Virus record (IMG/VR): IMGVR_UViG_3300042923_001459
Coordinates: 32,001-96,000 of that record
Direction: 5' to 3' (one strand)
DNA length: 64,000 nucleotides
Origin: a virus
Made by a program: the position numbers and the translations under genes
The notes under the pieces: model-generated
Databases searched by the model: none
Seen by the model: only the letters and a program-made list of their open reading frames with translations
Told to the model about the DNA's origin: nothing
Part shown: positions 1 to 10,352 of the stretch, piece after piece
Layout: each line of letters opens with the position of its first letter
How positions within the stretch are numbered: the stretch's first letter is position 1

Positions 1-616
1 TAGCTATTGCATCCATAAATTCATCAAATACTCCAGAAAAAGAATTCTCAACTACCTTAATAACTCCATTCATTTCTTCATCGGACAACTCTTGCTTACT
101 ATATTCAAAATGAGTATAATCTTCATCACCATCTAAATTCCACTTTCCTTGGATTTTTTTAGAAGTTATTCTTTCAACTAGATAATTAACAATAGCATTA
201 TCGAATTGAAGGGTGAGTTGTGTTAATTTATTTGACTTATAAAGATTAATGAATTGCTTGTCATTACTAGTAAAAGAGTATTTTTCACCATGATTTGGTT
301 GTTGTTTTGCTAACTTTAGTTTCTTTCTAGTAATTAGTTTACCGCTATAGTACACACCTTCAGCATAGTAATCCATTAGAGAAATTATAGTTTGAACAAA
401 ATCTCCCATTTCTTTTTCAATTATATTTCTCATAAAATTATTGCTAGATATAAGAGGTGCCGAAAGCACCTCTTTTTTAATTCTATCTTGAATGAACCCT
501 AAAGTTTTTTCAAAACATTCTTTTGCTTCTTCATCGATAGACAAAATATATTTTTTAGCCAATTCACTCACCTGCATCTTCAACAACAATTCTCTCCAAC
601 CTTCTTCAACAGCCAT
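1..616 (-). CDS. hypothetical protein, runs off the window edge (MAVEEGWRELLLKMQVSELAKK...VFDEFMDAIA)
   Basis: Translated by hand and open from ATG at 616 to the edge; ATG overlaps the portal stop (TAATG). Not in the ORF track because it is truncated. Confidence 0.75.
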   Translation of the reverse strand, partial: MAVEEGWRELLLKMQVSELAKKYILSIDEEAKECFEKTLGFIQDRIKKEVLSAPLISSNNFMRNIIEKEMGDFVQTIISLMDYYAEGVYYSGKLITRKKLKLAKQQPNHGEKYSFTSNDKQFINLYKSNKLTQLTLQFDNAIVNYLVERITSKKIQGKWNLDGDEDYTHFEYSKQELSDEEMNGVIKVVENSFSGVFDEFMDAIA

Positions 617-2598
617 TAATTCTCCGAATTCTTCTGTTGAGTCTCCGCTTGACGTCTCACTTTTGTCGTTTGTGAAGAACGGGGATCCGTAGACGTCTGA
701 GTTTCTTCTTGAACCCCGCTTTGTACTAAAAAATCTGATAAATTGTTAGAGGAATGCTTTGGTCCAACTGATGGAGGTGGAGCATTCTGTTGTGATTTAT
801 CATTTGGTGAAGGAGCTTTCTCTGTTGGAGCAGGTCCCTTACCAGGGAAACCAAATGCTTGAGGGTTTGGTCCTTTATCACCACCAGGTACTGGTGCTCC
901 TGGTTTTCCCGGAGGAGTTGGTGGTGTTGGTCCATGTCCCGGTGCTCCTGGTGGCCCACTTGCTGGAGGATGAACTCCTGGAGGTCCTGGAGGATGTGGA
1001 GGTCCACCTGTAGGAGCACTTGGTCCGCCTGCTGCTGGGCCGCCTCCTGGAACTTTAGGAGCGTTGGAATCAAATACTGTTCCACGTTCTTTTTCAAGAT
1101 TTTTCATTTCGGTTTCAGGATCAAGCTTAAGCATAGGTAAAATAGTATGCATAGATACAAGACCTTTTGATTGCAATTGTTGAACAAAGTTTAAAACGGA
1201 TTGGTTAGAAGTCAAATCTTGTTGAGACCAAGAAATTTCAGGAATGATTAGATTCATTTCTTTTTTACTTGCCAATCTTCTTTGTTCTTTTTCGCTTAAA
1301 TACTTACTAGAAATAGTTCCAGTAGCTGGTTTATAGAAACCTTGAATTTCAGCAATAGGCTTGTAAACTTTTCTTCTAATCCAAGATTCCATCTTTAAAC
1401 GATAAGAAGCATAACGCTTAGCTAATGCATCCATACCAACTTGAGCATTAGCATATGTTGGACCAGTACCATCAACAAGGGCTTGGTTAATCATAAGACC
1501 ATTCATAAGTTCTTTTTGAATAAAATCAAACTCTTGATTCAGAGGAAGAATTTTTCCTGAAGAACCAACATAATCTGTTTGAAGGGCATAGTGATAAACT
1601 AGAACGAAGTTAGGGTCTTCATCGGCCATCATTAAAGTATCACGTAAAGAATCTAAATCTTCTTGTTGTGGCATTGGCTCACCAGGTGCACCAACTTTAA
1701 AGATACGTAATGGTGTGATGTGTCTATTTGCAATAGCGTTTTGTGCTTCTCTCAATTTATCCTTATAGATAAGAGTTTTGAAACAACGCATCATGATAGG
1801 TGTTCCCCAAGTTTCATACTGAGCAGCCTTATGAGCAATATGAGAAACAAGACGATTATCTAATTTCATGTTTCTACCCATACGTACTTGACGCACGACA
1901 TCTTCAGGTAATTGTTGATAGATTGAAGCATAATCTCCACGCGGTCCAGCAGAAACAATTGCTTTAACTGTTTCATCGGGAATAAGTTCAATAACTGGAT
2001 CACCAGCTAGAATTGAAGCTTTAATATCTACGAAGTCTGGATTTAAGAGTACAAATCTTTCCCACATTCCATCACTTTCATTTAATTGACCAAATGGGAA
2101 AACGTCTCCAATCTTCCAATACTCTAGTCCAATATCTAAAAGTAGACTTATTAAATCTAAACGATCGAATGCCATGTGATCAAAGAAATCTTTAATTCCA
2201 TTATCTGAAACTACATGATTAAAATCTGAAATTGGAAATTCAGTGTGTAAATCTAATGACGTAGCAATAATTGGTTCAGTTCTATAGAAATGTCTGCACC
2301 ATTCATTACGCTCCCTTCTGTCTCTTGGGAGCATTATGTTCATAGCTTGGAATAAAGGGTGATAGAAGTTAGGATTACCCATCTTAATATTACCCATTGA
2401 CGGATTAGCCATTTTTCTTTGTATGTTCTTAGGCAAGCCATTTTTATCTTGTAAAAGCGCACTACGCATCATAGCTCCGCCGCCATGATTATTGTTCATG
2501 CCACTATTTCCTGTTGCGTTCATCGCAGCTTGTTTTGCCATTTTAAAATCTGATTCGGTAACATTTGTGATGATACGATCACTCACGCGGTACACCAC
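616..2598 (-). CDS. phage portal protein with Pro/Gly-rich C-terminal tail
   Basis: Segments WCRHFYRTEPIIATSLDLHTEFP, LEYWKIGDVFPF and SHIAHK...WGTPIMMRCFKTL...AQNAIANRH resemble large-myovirus portals; lies downstream of terminase. Confidence 0.75.
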   Translation of the reverse strand: MVYRVSDRIITNVTESDFKMAKQAAMNATGNSGMNNNHGGGAMMRSALLQDKNGLPKNIQRKMANPSMGNIKMGNPNFYHPLFQAMNIMLPRDRRERNEWCRHFYRTEPIIATSLDLHTEFPISDFNHVVSDNGIKDFFDHMAFDRLDLISLLLDIGLEYWKIGDVFPFGQLNESDGMWERFVLLNPDFVDIKASILAGDPVIELIPDETVKAIVSAGPRGDYASIYQQLPEDVVRQVRMGRNMKLDNRLVSHIAHKAAQYETWGTPIMMRCFKTLIYKDKLREAQNAIANRHITPLRIFKVGAPGEPMPQQEDLDSLRDTLMMADEDPNFVLVYHYALQTDYVGSSGKILPLNQEFDFIQKELMNGLMINQALVDGTGPTYANAQVGMDALAKRYASYRLKMESWIRRKVYKPIAEIQGFYKPATGTISSKYLSEKEQRRLASKKEMNLIIPEISWSQQDLTSNQSVLNFVQQLQSKGLVSMHTILPMLKLDPETEMKNLEKERGTVFDSNAPKVPGGGPAAGGPSAPTGGPPHPPGPPGVHPPASGPPGAPGHGPTPPTPPGKPGAPVPGGDKGPNPQAFGFPGKGPAPTEKAPSPNDKSQQNAPPPSVGPKHSSNNLSDFLVQSGVQEETQTSTDPRSSQTTKVRRQAETQQKNSEN

Positions 2599-2736
2599 CT
2601 TCTCTGTTTTAACATCTAATATATGCTTAATATATTATGCAATTCTATTTTAATAATAAAATCATTGCACAAATTAAAAATAGCTTGCTACAAAAAAGAC
2701 AAATACTCTTTTTTTGAGTATTTGTCTTAATATAAT

Positions 2737-3018
2737 TTATTTGTTTTTTGCTTTTAATTTGTGTTTTTTCAAACCATGATCAATTGAGTTGTGTAACATT
2801 TCATAATGTTCACTTTTATCATGTCCCTTACGACCTTTGATTCCATCAATATGACCACCATTTTCATGAAAATGATCAATAATATCTGCAAAGTGGTCTT
2901 GCTCAAGTCTTAAGCCTGAACGTCTAGTTACCAAATAACCGATTAGTTTTTCTAGTTCGCTTTTTGCTGCATAAGCAGCACTTTTTGCCATTAAACGTTT
3001 CATTGTCAACAACTCCAA
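2737..3018 (-). CDS. hypothetical protein, His-rich
   Basis: ORF in co-oriented run, abuts the next gene. Confidence 0.6.
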   Translation of the reverse strand: MELLTMKRLMAKSAAYAAKSELEKLIGYLVTRRSGLRLEQDHFADIIDHFHENGGHIDGIKGRKGHDKSEHYEMLHNSIDHGLKKHKLKAKNK

Positions 3019-3390
3019 TTAGAATAAGTCGTCATCTTCCTTTTCTTCCACTGGAGGAACATACGCTTTAATTGAAACTCCATCATCTTCAGCGGTAGTA
3101 ATGCCGCCTTCTTCTGTTTCAATTTCATAGTTATCTTTTCCATTTTCTGAAGCATAAGGACCATAGATGACAGTTCCGAAGATACCTCGTGTCTCTACTT
3201 GATCTCCAACCGCAAAATTAGCTTTCTTAGTTTTCTTTTTGGTTGTTTTGTTTTTCTTAACCAATCTGAAATCATCGAAGTACTCTTTTAAATCAGGGTC
3301 AAGGCCCCCGAACATCATAGCTTCTCTAGTAAAAGAATCCATGTCATCCATACTGCTATATGATTTTTTTAAACGTCCTTTATCTTTCAT
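3019..3390 (-). CDS. hypothetical protein (SH3-like beta C-terminal half)
   Basis: RBS AAGGAG; FAVGDQVET...GTVIYGPY. Confidence 0.65.
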   Translation of the reverse strand: MKDKGRLKKSYSSMDDMDSFTREAMMFGGLDPDLKEYFDDFRLVKKNKTTKKKTKKANFAVGDQVETRGIFGTVIYGPYASENGKDNYEIETEEGGITTAEDDGVSIKAYVPPVEEKEDDDLF

Positions 3391-3461
3391 TGCTCAATTA
3401 GCTCCTTAACCCTGAATTATTAATATATCTATATTATGCGGTTGGCCATATAAAAGTTTAA

Positions 3462-4595
3462 TTATTTTTTATGTTGAAAGATTTCTCCACTTCTCAAATC
3501 AACTGCGTATTCAGTACCACCTTTTGGTGAATACACGCCTTGGAAATGACCAGCAGTAGTGGATTTAACAAGTTCTTCACCTGTTTCTGGACAAATACCT
3601 TGTTGGAAGATTTTTTCAGCTACACCGCTAAGTTTTTCAACTTTATCTTCTCCACATGTGCATTCTCCATTTTCACAACCACAATCCTCGCAACAATCTT
3701 CGTCTTTATCTTTTTCACCAGGAACTTCAACTTTAGGTTCAAGCTCAGGTTTAGGTTCTTCTTCAGCAGGTGCTTCAACCGCTGGAGTTTCTGTTGCTAC
3801 TGGAGCATCATTAGTTACAGCTTGTTGAACTTCAGAAGGAGCGTGTTGTGATAACTCAACGCGACCAGCTGGAGAAGTAATGTCAACAGCTTTTTCTTTA
3901 GCGAGTTCTTGAGCTGATTGGTTAGCTGAATCAGTAAAGTGTTGAACTTCATCTTGAATAGCTTGAGTAGCACCTGGATCATCAACAAATTGTGGAACAC
4001 GAGCATATTGTTGTTCAATGCTAGATAGACGTTTCTCTAAAGTAGCAATAGTAGCTTCCAATTCTTCAAAGCCAGAAGCAATTACGTTCATAACTTCTTC
4101 ACCCTCAAGAACTTCATCTTCTTCGCCAACTGCAGCTTCTTTAGTTTCATTAACTGGTGGAACATCACAAGCTTCTTCTTCAACACTTGCAGTAATGTCT
4201 TCATCTTCACCCTCAAGGATTTCATCTTCTTCACCTAAGGAGAGAGCAAGTTTATCCAATTCGTTTGCTAAATCATCTTCTTTAACTTCTTCAGCAGCAA
4301 CAATCTCATTAGCATTAAGTTTGTGATCTACTTCTTCAACAGATTTAACATCTGGAATAGAAGTAACAGTGTTACCAAATTCATTTATAACGTTTGCGCC
4401 TTTTTCATCAAAAGCTACTCTAAAAGTTTCATCTTTCCATACAATTTTATCAAGGTCACCAACATTAATTTCAGCTACTACTTCTTCTTTAGTCTCCTCT
4501 TCTTTTGTGTCGACTTCAGCCTTTTTTGCTAATCCATTAATAAATTCTTCCATCCAAGCAGATAAACCTCTTTTTGAAACATGTTTGTTTTCCAT
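3462..4595 (-). CDS. acidic coiled-coil protein, possible head scaffold/core component
   Basis: Very E/D-rich, heptad segment FEELEATIATLEKRLSSIEQ, near portal; function inferred. Confidence 0.5.
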   Translation of the reverse strand: MENKHVSKRGLSAWMEEFINGLAKKAEVDTKEEETKEEVVAEINVGDLDKIVWKDETFRVAFDEKGANVINEFGNTVTSIPDVKSVEEVDHKLNANEIVAAEEVKEDDLANELDKLALSLGEEDEILEGEDEDITASVEEEACDVPPVNETKEAAVGEEDEVLEGEEVMNVIASGFEELEATIATLEKRLSSIEQQYARVPQFVDDPGATQAIQDEVQHFTDSANQSAQELAKEKAVDITSPAGRVELSQHAPSEVQQAVTNDAPVATETPAVEAPAEEEPKPELEPKVEVPGEKDKDEDCCEDCGCENGECTCGEDKVEKLSGVAEKIFQQGICPETGEELVKSTTAGHFQGVYSPKGGTEYAVDLRSGEIFQHKK

Positions 4596-4747
4596 CTTGA
4601 AAAATCACTCCTAACAGAATTTTATATTGTCTTTGAACTTTAATTTAATTATTCAAAAACCAAAATGATAACTATCTATAATTATTACGTAATTATATTA
4701 GCCTTAACACTATAAAATATTTCACTTTTTAATATTTTTTATAATGC

Positions 4748-4984
4748 TTATTTTTTGAGTCTACTTCTCTTATTAGAGCTCATTAATTGATGTTCAGCAT
4801 AGTCAATTGGTTGTTCAAATAACCATTGCTGCGAAATTGAAGGTCCATATGTTTTTTTTGTTATCTCATCTTTATTATCAACTATTTCTTCTGGATTTCC
4901 AAAAAGAACGGGTACTGCTGAATAACCAGTACCCATACCGCCGGATTCATCGGCAATTTTTTTAAGTCTTGTTTTAGTTTCCAC
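4748..4984 (-). CDS. hypothetical protein
   Basis: RBS GAGGTG; begins KTRLKKIA and ends SRLKK. Confidence 0.65.
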   Translation of the reverse strand: METKTRLKKIADESGGMGTGYSAVPVLFGNPEEIVDNKDEITKKTYGPSISQQWLFEQPIDYAEHQLMSSNKRSRLKK

Positions 4985-5003
4985 TCGGTACCACCTCTTT
5001 TTA

Positions 5004-5426
5004 TTACGAAAAACCTAAGAAGCTAGGTTTCTTGAGTAGTAAATTATGATAATAGTCATTTTTACCTTTGTTACGTGGATTAGATACAAATTGCTCTAAT
5101 TGCTTTTGAAGTACTGGTATTTGTTTTGCAAACTTCTCAGCACGCGATACTCCTTTAAAAGCAGTTAATAAATCTGAATACATTCTAAATGCAGATTTAA
5201 CATCTGGACCATCATAAAAAGAACTAGTGTTTGTATCATAATTAATATAAACTTGATACCATGGGTTCCAGTTTACAACTCTTGCGGATAGACCAACAAT
5301 GTCTCCACTTCCAAGAATTTCCGTATCAAGATCCATAGCGGGTGATGCTATCTTAGTCATCGTGTCTATATTGATTTTTGCCTCTTCTGATTTTTTCAAT
5401 TTTCTTAAACGACTCACGTGTATCAC
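5004..5426 (-). CDS. hypothetical protein
   Basis: ORF in operon. Confidence 0.6.
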   Translation of the reverse strand: MIHVSRLRKLKKSEEAKINIDTMTKIASPAMDLDTEILGSGDIVGLSARVVNWNPWYQVYINYDTNTSSFYDGPDVKSAFRMYSDLLTAFKGVSRAEKFAKQIPVLQKQLEQFVSNPRNKGKNDYYHNLLLKKPSFLGFS

Positions 5427-5571
5427 CTTGGCCTTTAACTGACTTTAAACTGCCGTCGTCACAGGATTCGCAGATTGTAATAATGGTTTTATCATCTAAC
5501 CATACCTTTTTAATCTCTTCTTCCGGGGTATAATTATTACAATCTGGCATACCGCACCTGAAAATTTTCAT
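5353..5571 (-). CDS. small zinc-ribbon protein
   Basis: CxxxxC...CxxC; RBS GGGGG. Confidence 0.5.
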   Translation of the reverse strand: MKIFRCGMPDCNNYTPEEEIKKVWLDDKTIITICESCDDGSLKSVKGQGDTRESFKKIEKIRRGKNQYRHDD

Positions 5572-5603
5572 TTGCTTTCAATTTCCCCCAATAAACTATT
5601 ATG

Positions 5604-5978
5604 TTATTGTGACCATACTGGTCCATGAGGAGCAATAAAATCACTATCTGGTGGTCTATCTTGAGATCCACTATTTTCATACTCAATTTTTAAGCCAGGA
5701 ACAGGAATAATGCTTGATTTTTGAATATCATTAATCAAGTCAGTTTTTTCTAGCTCTTTCGATATACTTTCATTATTAGAGGTTTTGCGTAAATCTTTTA
5801 CAAGTTTACCTTCTAAGGCTGATTTTTTTTCAAGACTTGTTTTTCTTTCATCGGCTATTTTGTCTAATTTTGACATAGAACCCAATAATTGACTATAATC
5901 AATGCCAAGAGGCTGATTGACAGCCTCTTGGTTTTTTGGTAAGTTTGTTCTTTCGCTTGACTTAATGTAAGGATTCAT
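5604..5978 (-). CDS. hypothetical protein
   Basis: RBS AGGAG. Confidence 0.6.
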   Translation of the reverse strand: MNPYIKSSERTNLPKNQEAVNQPLGIDYSQLLGSMSKLDKIADERKTSLEKKSALEGKLVKDLRKTSNNESISKELEKTDLINDIQKSSIIPVPGLKIEYENSGSQDRPPDSDFIAPHGPVWSQ

Positions 5979-5990
5979 ACCTACATCTCC

Positions 5991-8768
5991 TTATTGGAAA
6001 TAGCGGCGTAATTCTTTTGCCACCATCTCTAAATCTTTCGCAGATTCAGCGTTTTCTAAAGCTACTTTTAACAAACTAGATTTATTAGCAGTTATTTTTT
6101 TCATTGATTCAGCCTTGTTAATTGTAGATTCTATGCTATTTTTAGCTTCTATCAATTTTGGAGCTAAACCTTTTTGAACTTCTAAAGCTCTAGTTTCAGA
6201 ACGCATTTCGTATGCAGAACCAAGATTGAATCTATGTTCATCTCTATTAGCCAATTGAATTTGTTCTTTACCTTCTTTAACGTTCATTTGATCTCCAGCT
6301 AAAGCTACAAGTTCAGCAACTGTGCGTTGACTTGCAAATGTAGCACTGTTCAGTGGTTGAATAAAACCTTTGCTAACAAAACCATCAATGATAGATGCGA
6401 TTTTATCAGTAGATGCAACTACTTTAAGTTTACCCATTAAGTTGCTTTTGCTAATTAGATTTCTGTCATTGCTTCTATTATCAACTTTATTATGAGCTGT
6501 AAATTGTTTTTGAGCTTCAGAAACATTTTTAGCTAGTAATTCAGAAAGTTTATTTACTGGAACCTCTTCATTACCATGAGCAACCGAAACAAGATTTTTC
6601 AATTTACCTTCTTCTTTGTTAAAATTGAAAGCTAATTTAAGATTTGTTCCGCTAAGAGGATTACGAACGTCTGCAACTACAGAATAAGTTGTTTCACTTT
6701 CACCAGCAGCTACAACAATGTATTCTTTGAACATTCTACCAATTGCGTCAGATGCAAATACATTCTTCTTATCAATAGACCATTCAGATTCTATAACATC
6801 TCTCACGCCAGTATCTTCAGTTGTTTCATCAGTATTAACTTTAAGCTGTCTACCAAAGTGTTGACTTTGATAATCTGCAACTTTTTGTTCTTCGTCAGTA
6901 ATAATAGAGTCATCAGCGACTTTAGAAAGCAATTCTTCGAATGAATGATCACTTGCCAAAGTTTCTTGATTGAGCTCAGTCATCAAACCATTATCCAACC
7001 ATTTTTGAATTGTTTCATCGATTTTGGATGCTGTAACAACTGATGCTAGTTTTCTTTGAAGATTCTTTCTAGAAATAACAATTGATTCAACTGTTAATCC
7101 AGCAGTTTTATCTTGTAAATACTTAGCAAGAACCTTGTTCTTAATAAATGCTTGTGCTAAGTTTTTAATACTAACATCATGATCTCCGATAGAAGCAACA
7201 CATTCAACAACTTTTGATCCATCGAAAGAAATAGTGAATGGAACATCATGACGAGTACCAGTAGCCTTATTCATTAAACTAACATTCATAGCATAAGAAT
7301 CTCTATTAATCTTATTAAAAGAAGATACTCTGTATTTTTTCAAGTGTTTATTGATGAATGAATTAGCATTAAATAATCTTTGCTCATCAGTACCCTTATC
7401 TTCAACTTCACGAACTTCTTCTTGAGGTTTAATTAAATCTGTTTCAACCTCTAAACCGCCACCGAAGTGTTTTTGTAAATCTGAAATTTCAGAAGTTTGC
7501 TCGTCAGTTAACATATCAACATTAGCACTTCGAAGAAGTTCTTCAAAAGTTTTTTCTGTAGCAAAAGTTGAGCTGTTGATTGGGGTTACCAAGCCGTCAG
7601 CAATCCAATTTTTAATAACATTTGGAATTTGACTTGCTTCAACAGTTTTGAACAATTTAGACTCAATATCTTTGCTTGTTAGAACCATGCCAGAATACGC
7701 ATGTTTTGAAGCTGTCTTGCCTGTTGAAAGATATTTATTTAGTAACGAATTATCAATCTGAGTTAATTGTTGGTGCAGTTCATTGGTTGTTAAGTGTTTT
7801 TGATTAATTTGAGCTGTTTTTATACCAGAGAGCTTTTCACCCTCAATGCCAAATGAGAAGTTAATGTTTTCTCTAACACCATTTTTCCCCAAGATAACAG
7901 CACTAACAAGTAATTCGTTTCCATTTCTTTGAGCTTCTTTAACAGAAACATCTTTTCCAAATTCTCCTACTAAGTAGTTATTAGCATCAATAGTTAATAA
8001 TCTTGCAGATTTAACTTGATTAGAAGCTACATGCTCTTGATTTGGTGTGAAATGGAATTCTCCCATTTTGTCATTTGCGCCTTGTTTTTCCAATTGCGGA
8101 AATAATTGGTCTGCATCATAAAATGAAGCGTAAGTGTTACTTCCCGCTCCGATAATAACTCCATCATGCAGTAATTCATTAATTTTATCAGTTGCTTGCC
8201 TTAATGAACCATTATAGCGACGTACGATTTCTTCTCTATTGATAAGATACGCTTTACCAACAGCCTCCACTTTTTTGGATTCTTTAGTTCTGCCAGCCTT
8301 AATATCTGCTAAGCTTTCCTCTAATCCAGCTTTACTAAATGGATATTCTCCATTGTTTGCATAAAAAATATTAGCAGTTGTAAGTTTTCCAGCTTTAATT
8401 TCGAACGGAAATTGAAAATTTGCACCAACACTATCAAGAACAGCGTCCAATGCAACATAATCAGTACCTACATTAGTACTGGTAACTTTATAGTATTTAC
8501 CTACTAGAAATTTAGCTAAGCTAATTTTAGACTCAGAAATCAGCTTGGTTTCGTTATAATTATTTTTAAGATAACGAGGATCAGCTGACATTTCTGGGCG
8601 ATATACTTGTTGTCTTTCAGCAAATACACCTTTTTGTTCTGCTTCTAATTCTATAGTTTCACGTTGTTTAATCTGTAAATTATCCGTTAGGTTACTCATC
8701 CAATCAGGAATATTCTCCTTATTTTGTTTGGTGAATAAACTAGGGTTTGTAGTACTAAATTTGCTCAT
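5991..8768 (-). CDS. large protein with four ~200-aa internal repeats, probable virion/head protein
   Basis: 925 aa; repeats end in I..W...G.....N..TFA....F.EL. Confidence 0.6.
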   Translation of the reverse strand: MSKFSTTNPSLFTKQNKENIPDWMSNLTDNLQIKQRETIELEAEQKGVFAERQQVYRPEMSADPRYLKNNYNETKLISESKISLAKFLVGKYYKVTSTNVGTDYVALDAVLDSVGANFQFPFEIKAGKLTTANIFYANNGEYPFSKAGLEESLADIKAGRTKESKKVEAVGKAYLINREEIVRRYNGSLRQATDKINELLHDGVIIGAGSNTYASFYDADQLFPQLEKQGANDKMGEFHFTPNQEHVASNQVKSARLLTIDANNYLVGEFGKDVSVKEAQRNGNELLVSAVILGKNGVRENINFSFGIEGEKLSGIKTAQINQKHLTTNELHQQLTQIDNSLLNKYLSTGKTASKHAYSGMVLTSKDIESKLFKTVEASQIPNVIKNWIADGLVTPINSSTFATEKTFEELLRSANVDMLTDEQTSEISDLQKHFGGGLEVETDLIKPQEEVREVEDKGTDEQRLFNANSFINKHLKKYRVSSFNKINRDSYAMNVSLMNKATGTRHDVPFTISFDGSKVVECVASIGDHDVSIKNLAQAFIKNKVLAKYLQDKTAGLTVESIVISRKNLQRKLASVVTASKIDETIQKWLDNGLMTELNQETLASDHSFEELLSKVADDSIITDEEQKVADYQSQHFGRQLKVNTDETTEDTGVRDVIESEWSIDKKNVFASDAIGRMFKEYIVVAAGESETTYSVVADVRNPLSGTNLKLAFNFNKEEGKLKNLVSVAHGNEEVPVNKLSELLAKNVSEAQKQFTAHNKVDNRSNDRNLISKSNLMGKLKVVASTDKIASIIDGFVSKGFIQPLNSATFASQRTVAELVALAGDQMNVKEGKEQIQLANRDEHRFNLGSAYEMRSETRALEVQKGLAPKLIEAKNSIESTINKAESMKKITANKSSLLKVALENAESAKDLEMVAKELRRYFQ

Positions 8769-8795
8769 CTTTTCTCACCTAACCTTATGAGTTAT

Positions 8796-8824
8796 AAAAA
8801 GTAGGGGGAGTTTTCCTCCCCACT
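8796..8824 (-). terminator. intrinsic terminator
   Basis: Minus strand GGGGAG-GAAAA-CTCCCC followed by a T-run. Confidence 0.7.
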
Positions 8825-9194
8825 ATCTTAGATATCCATTAATTTCATTTTTAGCTTCTTCAAGTGTAGTATAGAAACCTCTATACTCTACATTTTCCCA
8901 TTCGCCTTGTTGATAACCTTCAACAACATGATCAGCACTTAAAACAACATATGCTTCATTTGTTTGATTTCTCTCTTGCTCAACAAATACTTTCCAAACC
9001 TCAAATACCTCTACGATATTTTTTGGAAGTCTAAAACCTTTTGGTATTTCTTGATTGGGATTCTCAGCTTGATTATTATCCTGTTTTTTAACTGTCTCAA
9101 CAGGCACTGGAGGAACCTCTAAATTTCTAGTCATCAATGCTGCTACATTATGAGATGCAACTGAGAGTGCATCTAAAACTAAATTTAAAGGCAA
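8823..9194 (-). CDS. hypothetical protein
   Basis: ORF in co-oriented run, followed by terminator. Confidence 0.55.
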   Translation of the reverse strand: MPLNLVLDALSVASHNVAALMTRNLEVPPVPVETVKKQDNNQAENPNQEIPKGFRLPKNIVEVFEVWKVFVEQERNQTNEAYVVLSADHVVEGYQQGEWENVEYRGFYTTLEEAKNEINGYLR

Positions 9195-9214
9195 ATTCTC
9201 AATTGCATTAGCAG

Positions 9215-10339
9215 TTACTTTTTTTTTAAGCGATTTGTTACTGCATTTGCTTTATAAACGTTGAATGGTCCAGTTTCATATGAACTTGGAGAAACTCCAC
9301 CGGAACTAGGAGAATCGGATCTCATTTGAGTTGTAGAATCATATCCGCCCATTCCACCGTCATTTGGCTTACCAACTGGATCTTGATTACCACTATCCAT
9401 CTTTTCCATTTGATCTAAAGCTTCATCAGAAAGTTGAATGTCTTTGAACTCTTCAAATCCAATAGTAGGTTTATCCAAAGTAACATCAATTAGAGCTGAA
9501 GCATAATCATCTGGGAAAATTTGTTTGAAGTAATCTAACATACCCATGGCTTCTGCTTTTTTAACAATTATGTTAGATTTTTCTAATTCCGTTACTTCAT
9601 CAAACATTGCTTTAGCAACCTTAGAAGTGGGAAAGATTTTATTGAGTTCAGCTAAGCGCGAAATGATAGAACCTTTAGATAACTTAGAAATTTTTGTAAA
9701 TACCTTGATTTTCGAAGCATATCTAGGAGTTTCATCAGTTAGCGTTGGAGTTACTTCATATCCCCAACCTTTAAGAATTTCTGCAATTTGTTTTTTCATT
9801 TCATTTGTGGTTTTATTCATTGTAAAACCATCATAGAAGTTTTGAATCGGACCGTCTACTTGACTCCATAAAGTTAAAATCTCTTTTGCAAGATTCTCTG
9901 GTGTGTAAGTGATGTCTTGAACTTCTTTAGTGGCAACTCTTTCTGGTCTTCTACCAACAATCAACATTAAACCTTCCTTAATTGGTTGTTTTGCTAAATC
10001 ACTATTTAGTTCAGCGATTTTACTAGCTTGGTTTTCATGACCAAAATACTTTTTAGCGATACTTGCTAAAGTTTCGCCTTTTGTTGTTTGATGCAAAACA
10101 TTTCTATCAGCAAAATATCTCATAGTATACGGCTCCATTTCATACCCCTTATTGTAATCATTAATTGAAGGATCGGTGAGAGACGGGATGGACGGGTCAA
10201 TTAGACCGTGGTCATTTTTGACTCCGCCATCATCTTGCCAGTTGAGGTCTGACGTTCCATACTCATTGTTCTCTTCTACATTTAGAGTATAATCTAGGGG
10301 TTTAGATTTATTATTATTGAATTTTTTAATCCTACTCAC
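9215..10339 (-). CDS. LysM-domain protein
   Basis: HQTTKGETLASIAKKYFG...KIAELNSDL...IKEGLMLIV matches the LysM pattern. Confidence 0.7.
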   Translation of the reverse strand: MSRIKKFNNNKSKPLDYTLNVEENNEYGTSDLNWQDDGGVKNDHGLIDPSIPSLTDPSINDYNKGYEMEPYTMRYFADRNVLHQTTKGETLASIAKKYFGHENQASKIAELNSDLAKQPIKEGLMLIVGRRPERVATKEVQDITYTPENLAKEILTLWSQVDGPIQNFYDGFTMNKTTNEMKKQIAEILKGWGYEVTPTLTDETPRYASKIKVFTKISKLSKGSIISRLAELNKIFPTSKVAKAMFDEVTELEKSNIIVKKAEAMGMLDYFKQIFPDDYASALIDVTLDKPTIGFEEFKDIQLSDEALDQMEKMDSGNQDPVGKPNDGGMGGYDSTTQMRSDSPSSGGVSPSSYETGPFNVYKANAVTNRLKKK

Positions 10340-10352
10340 AATTTCATCACTC

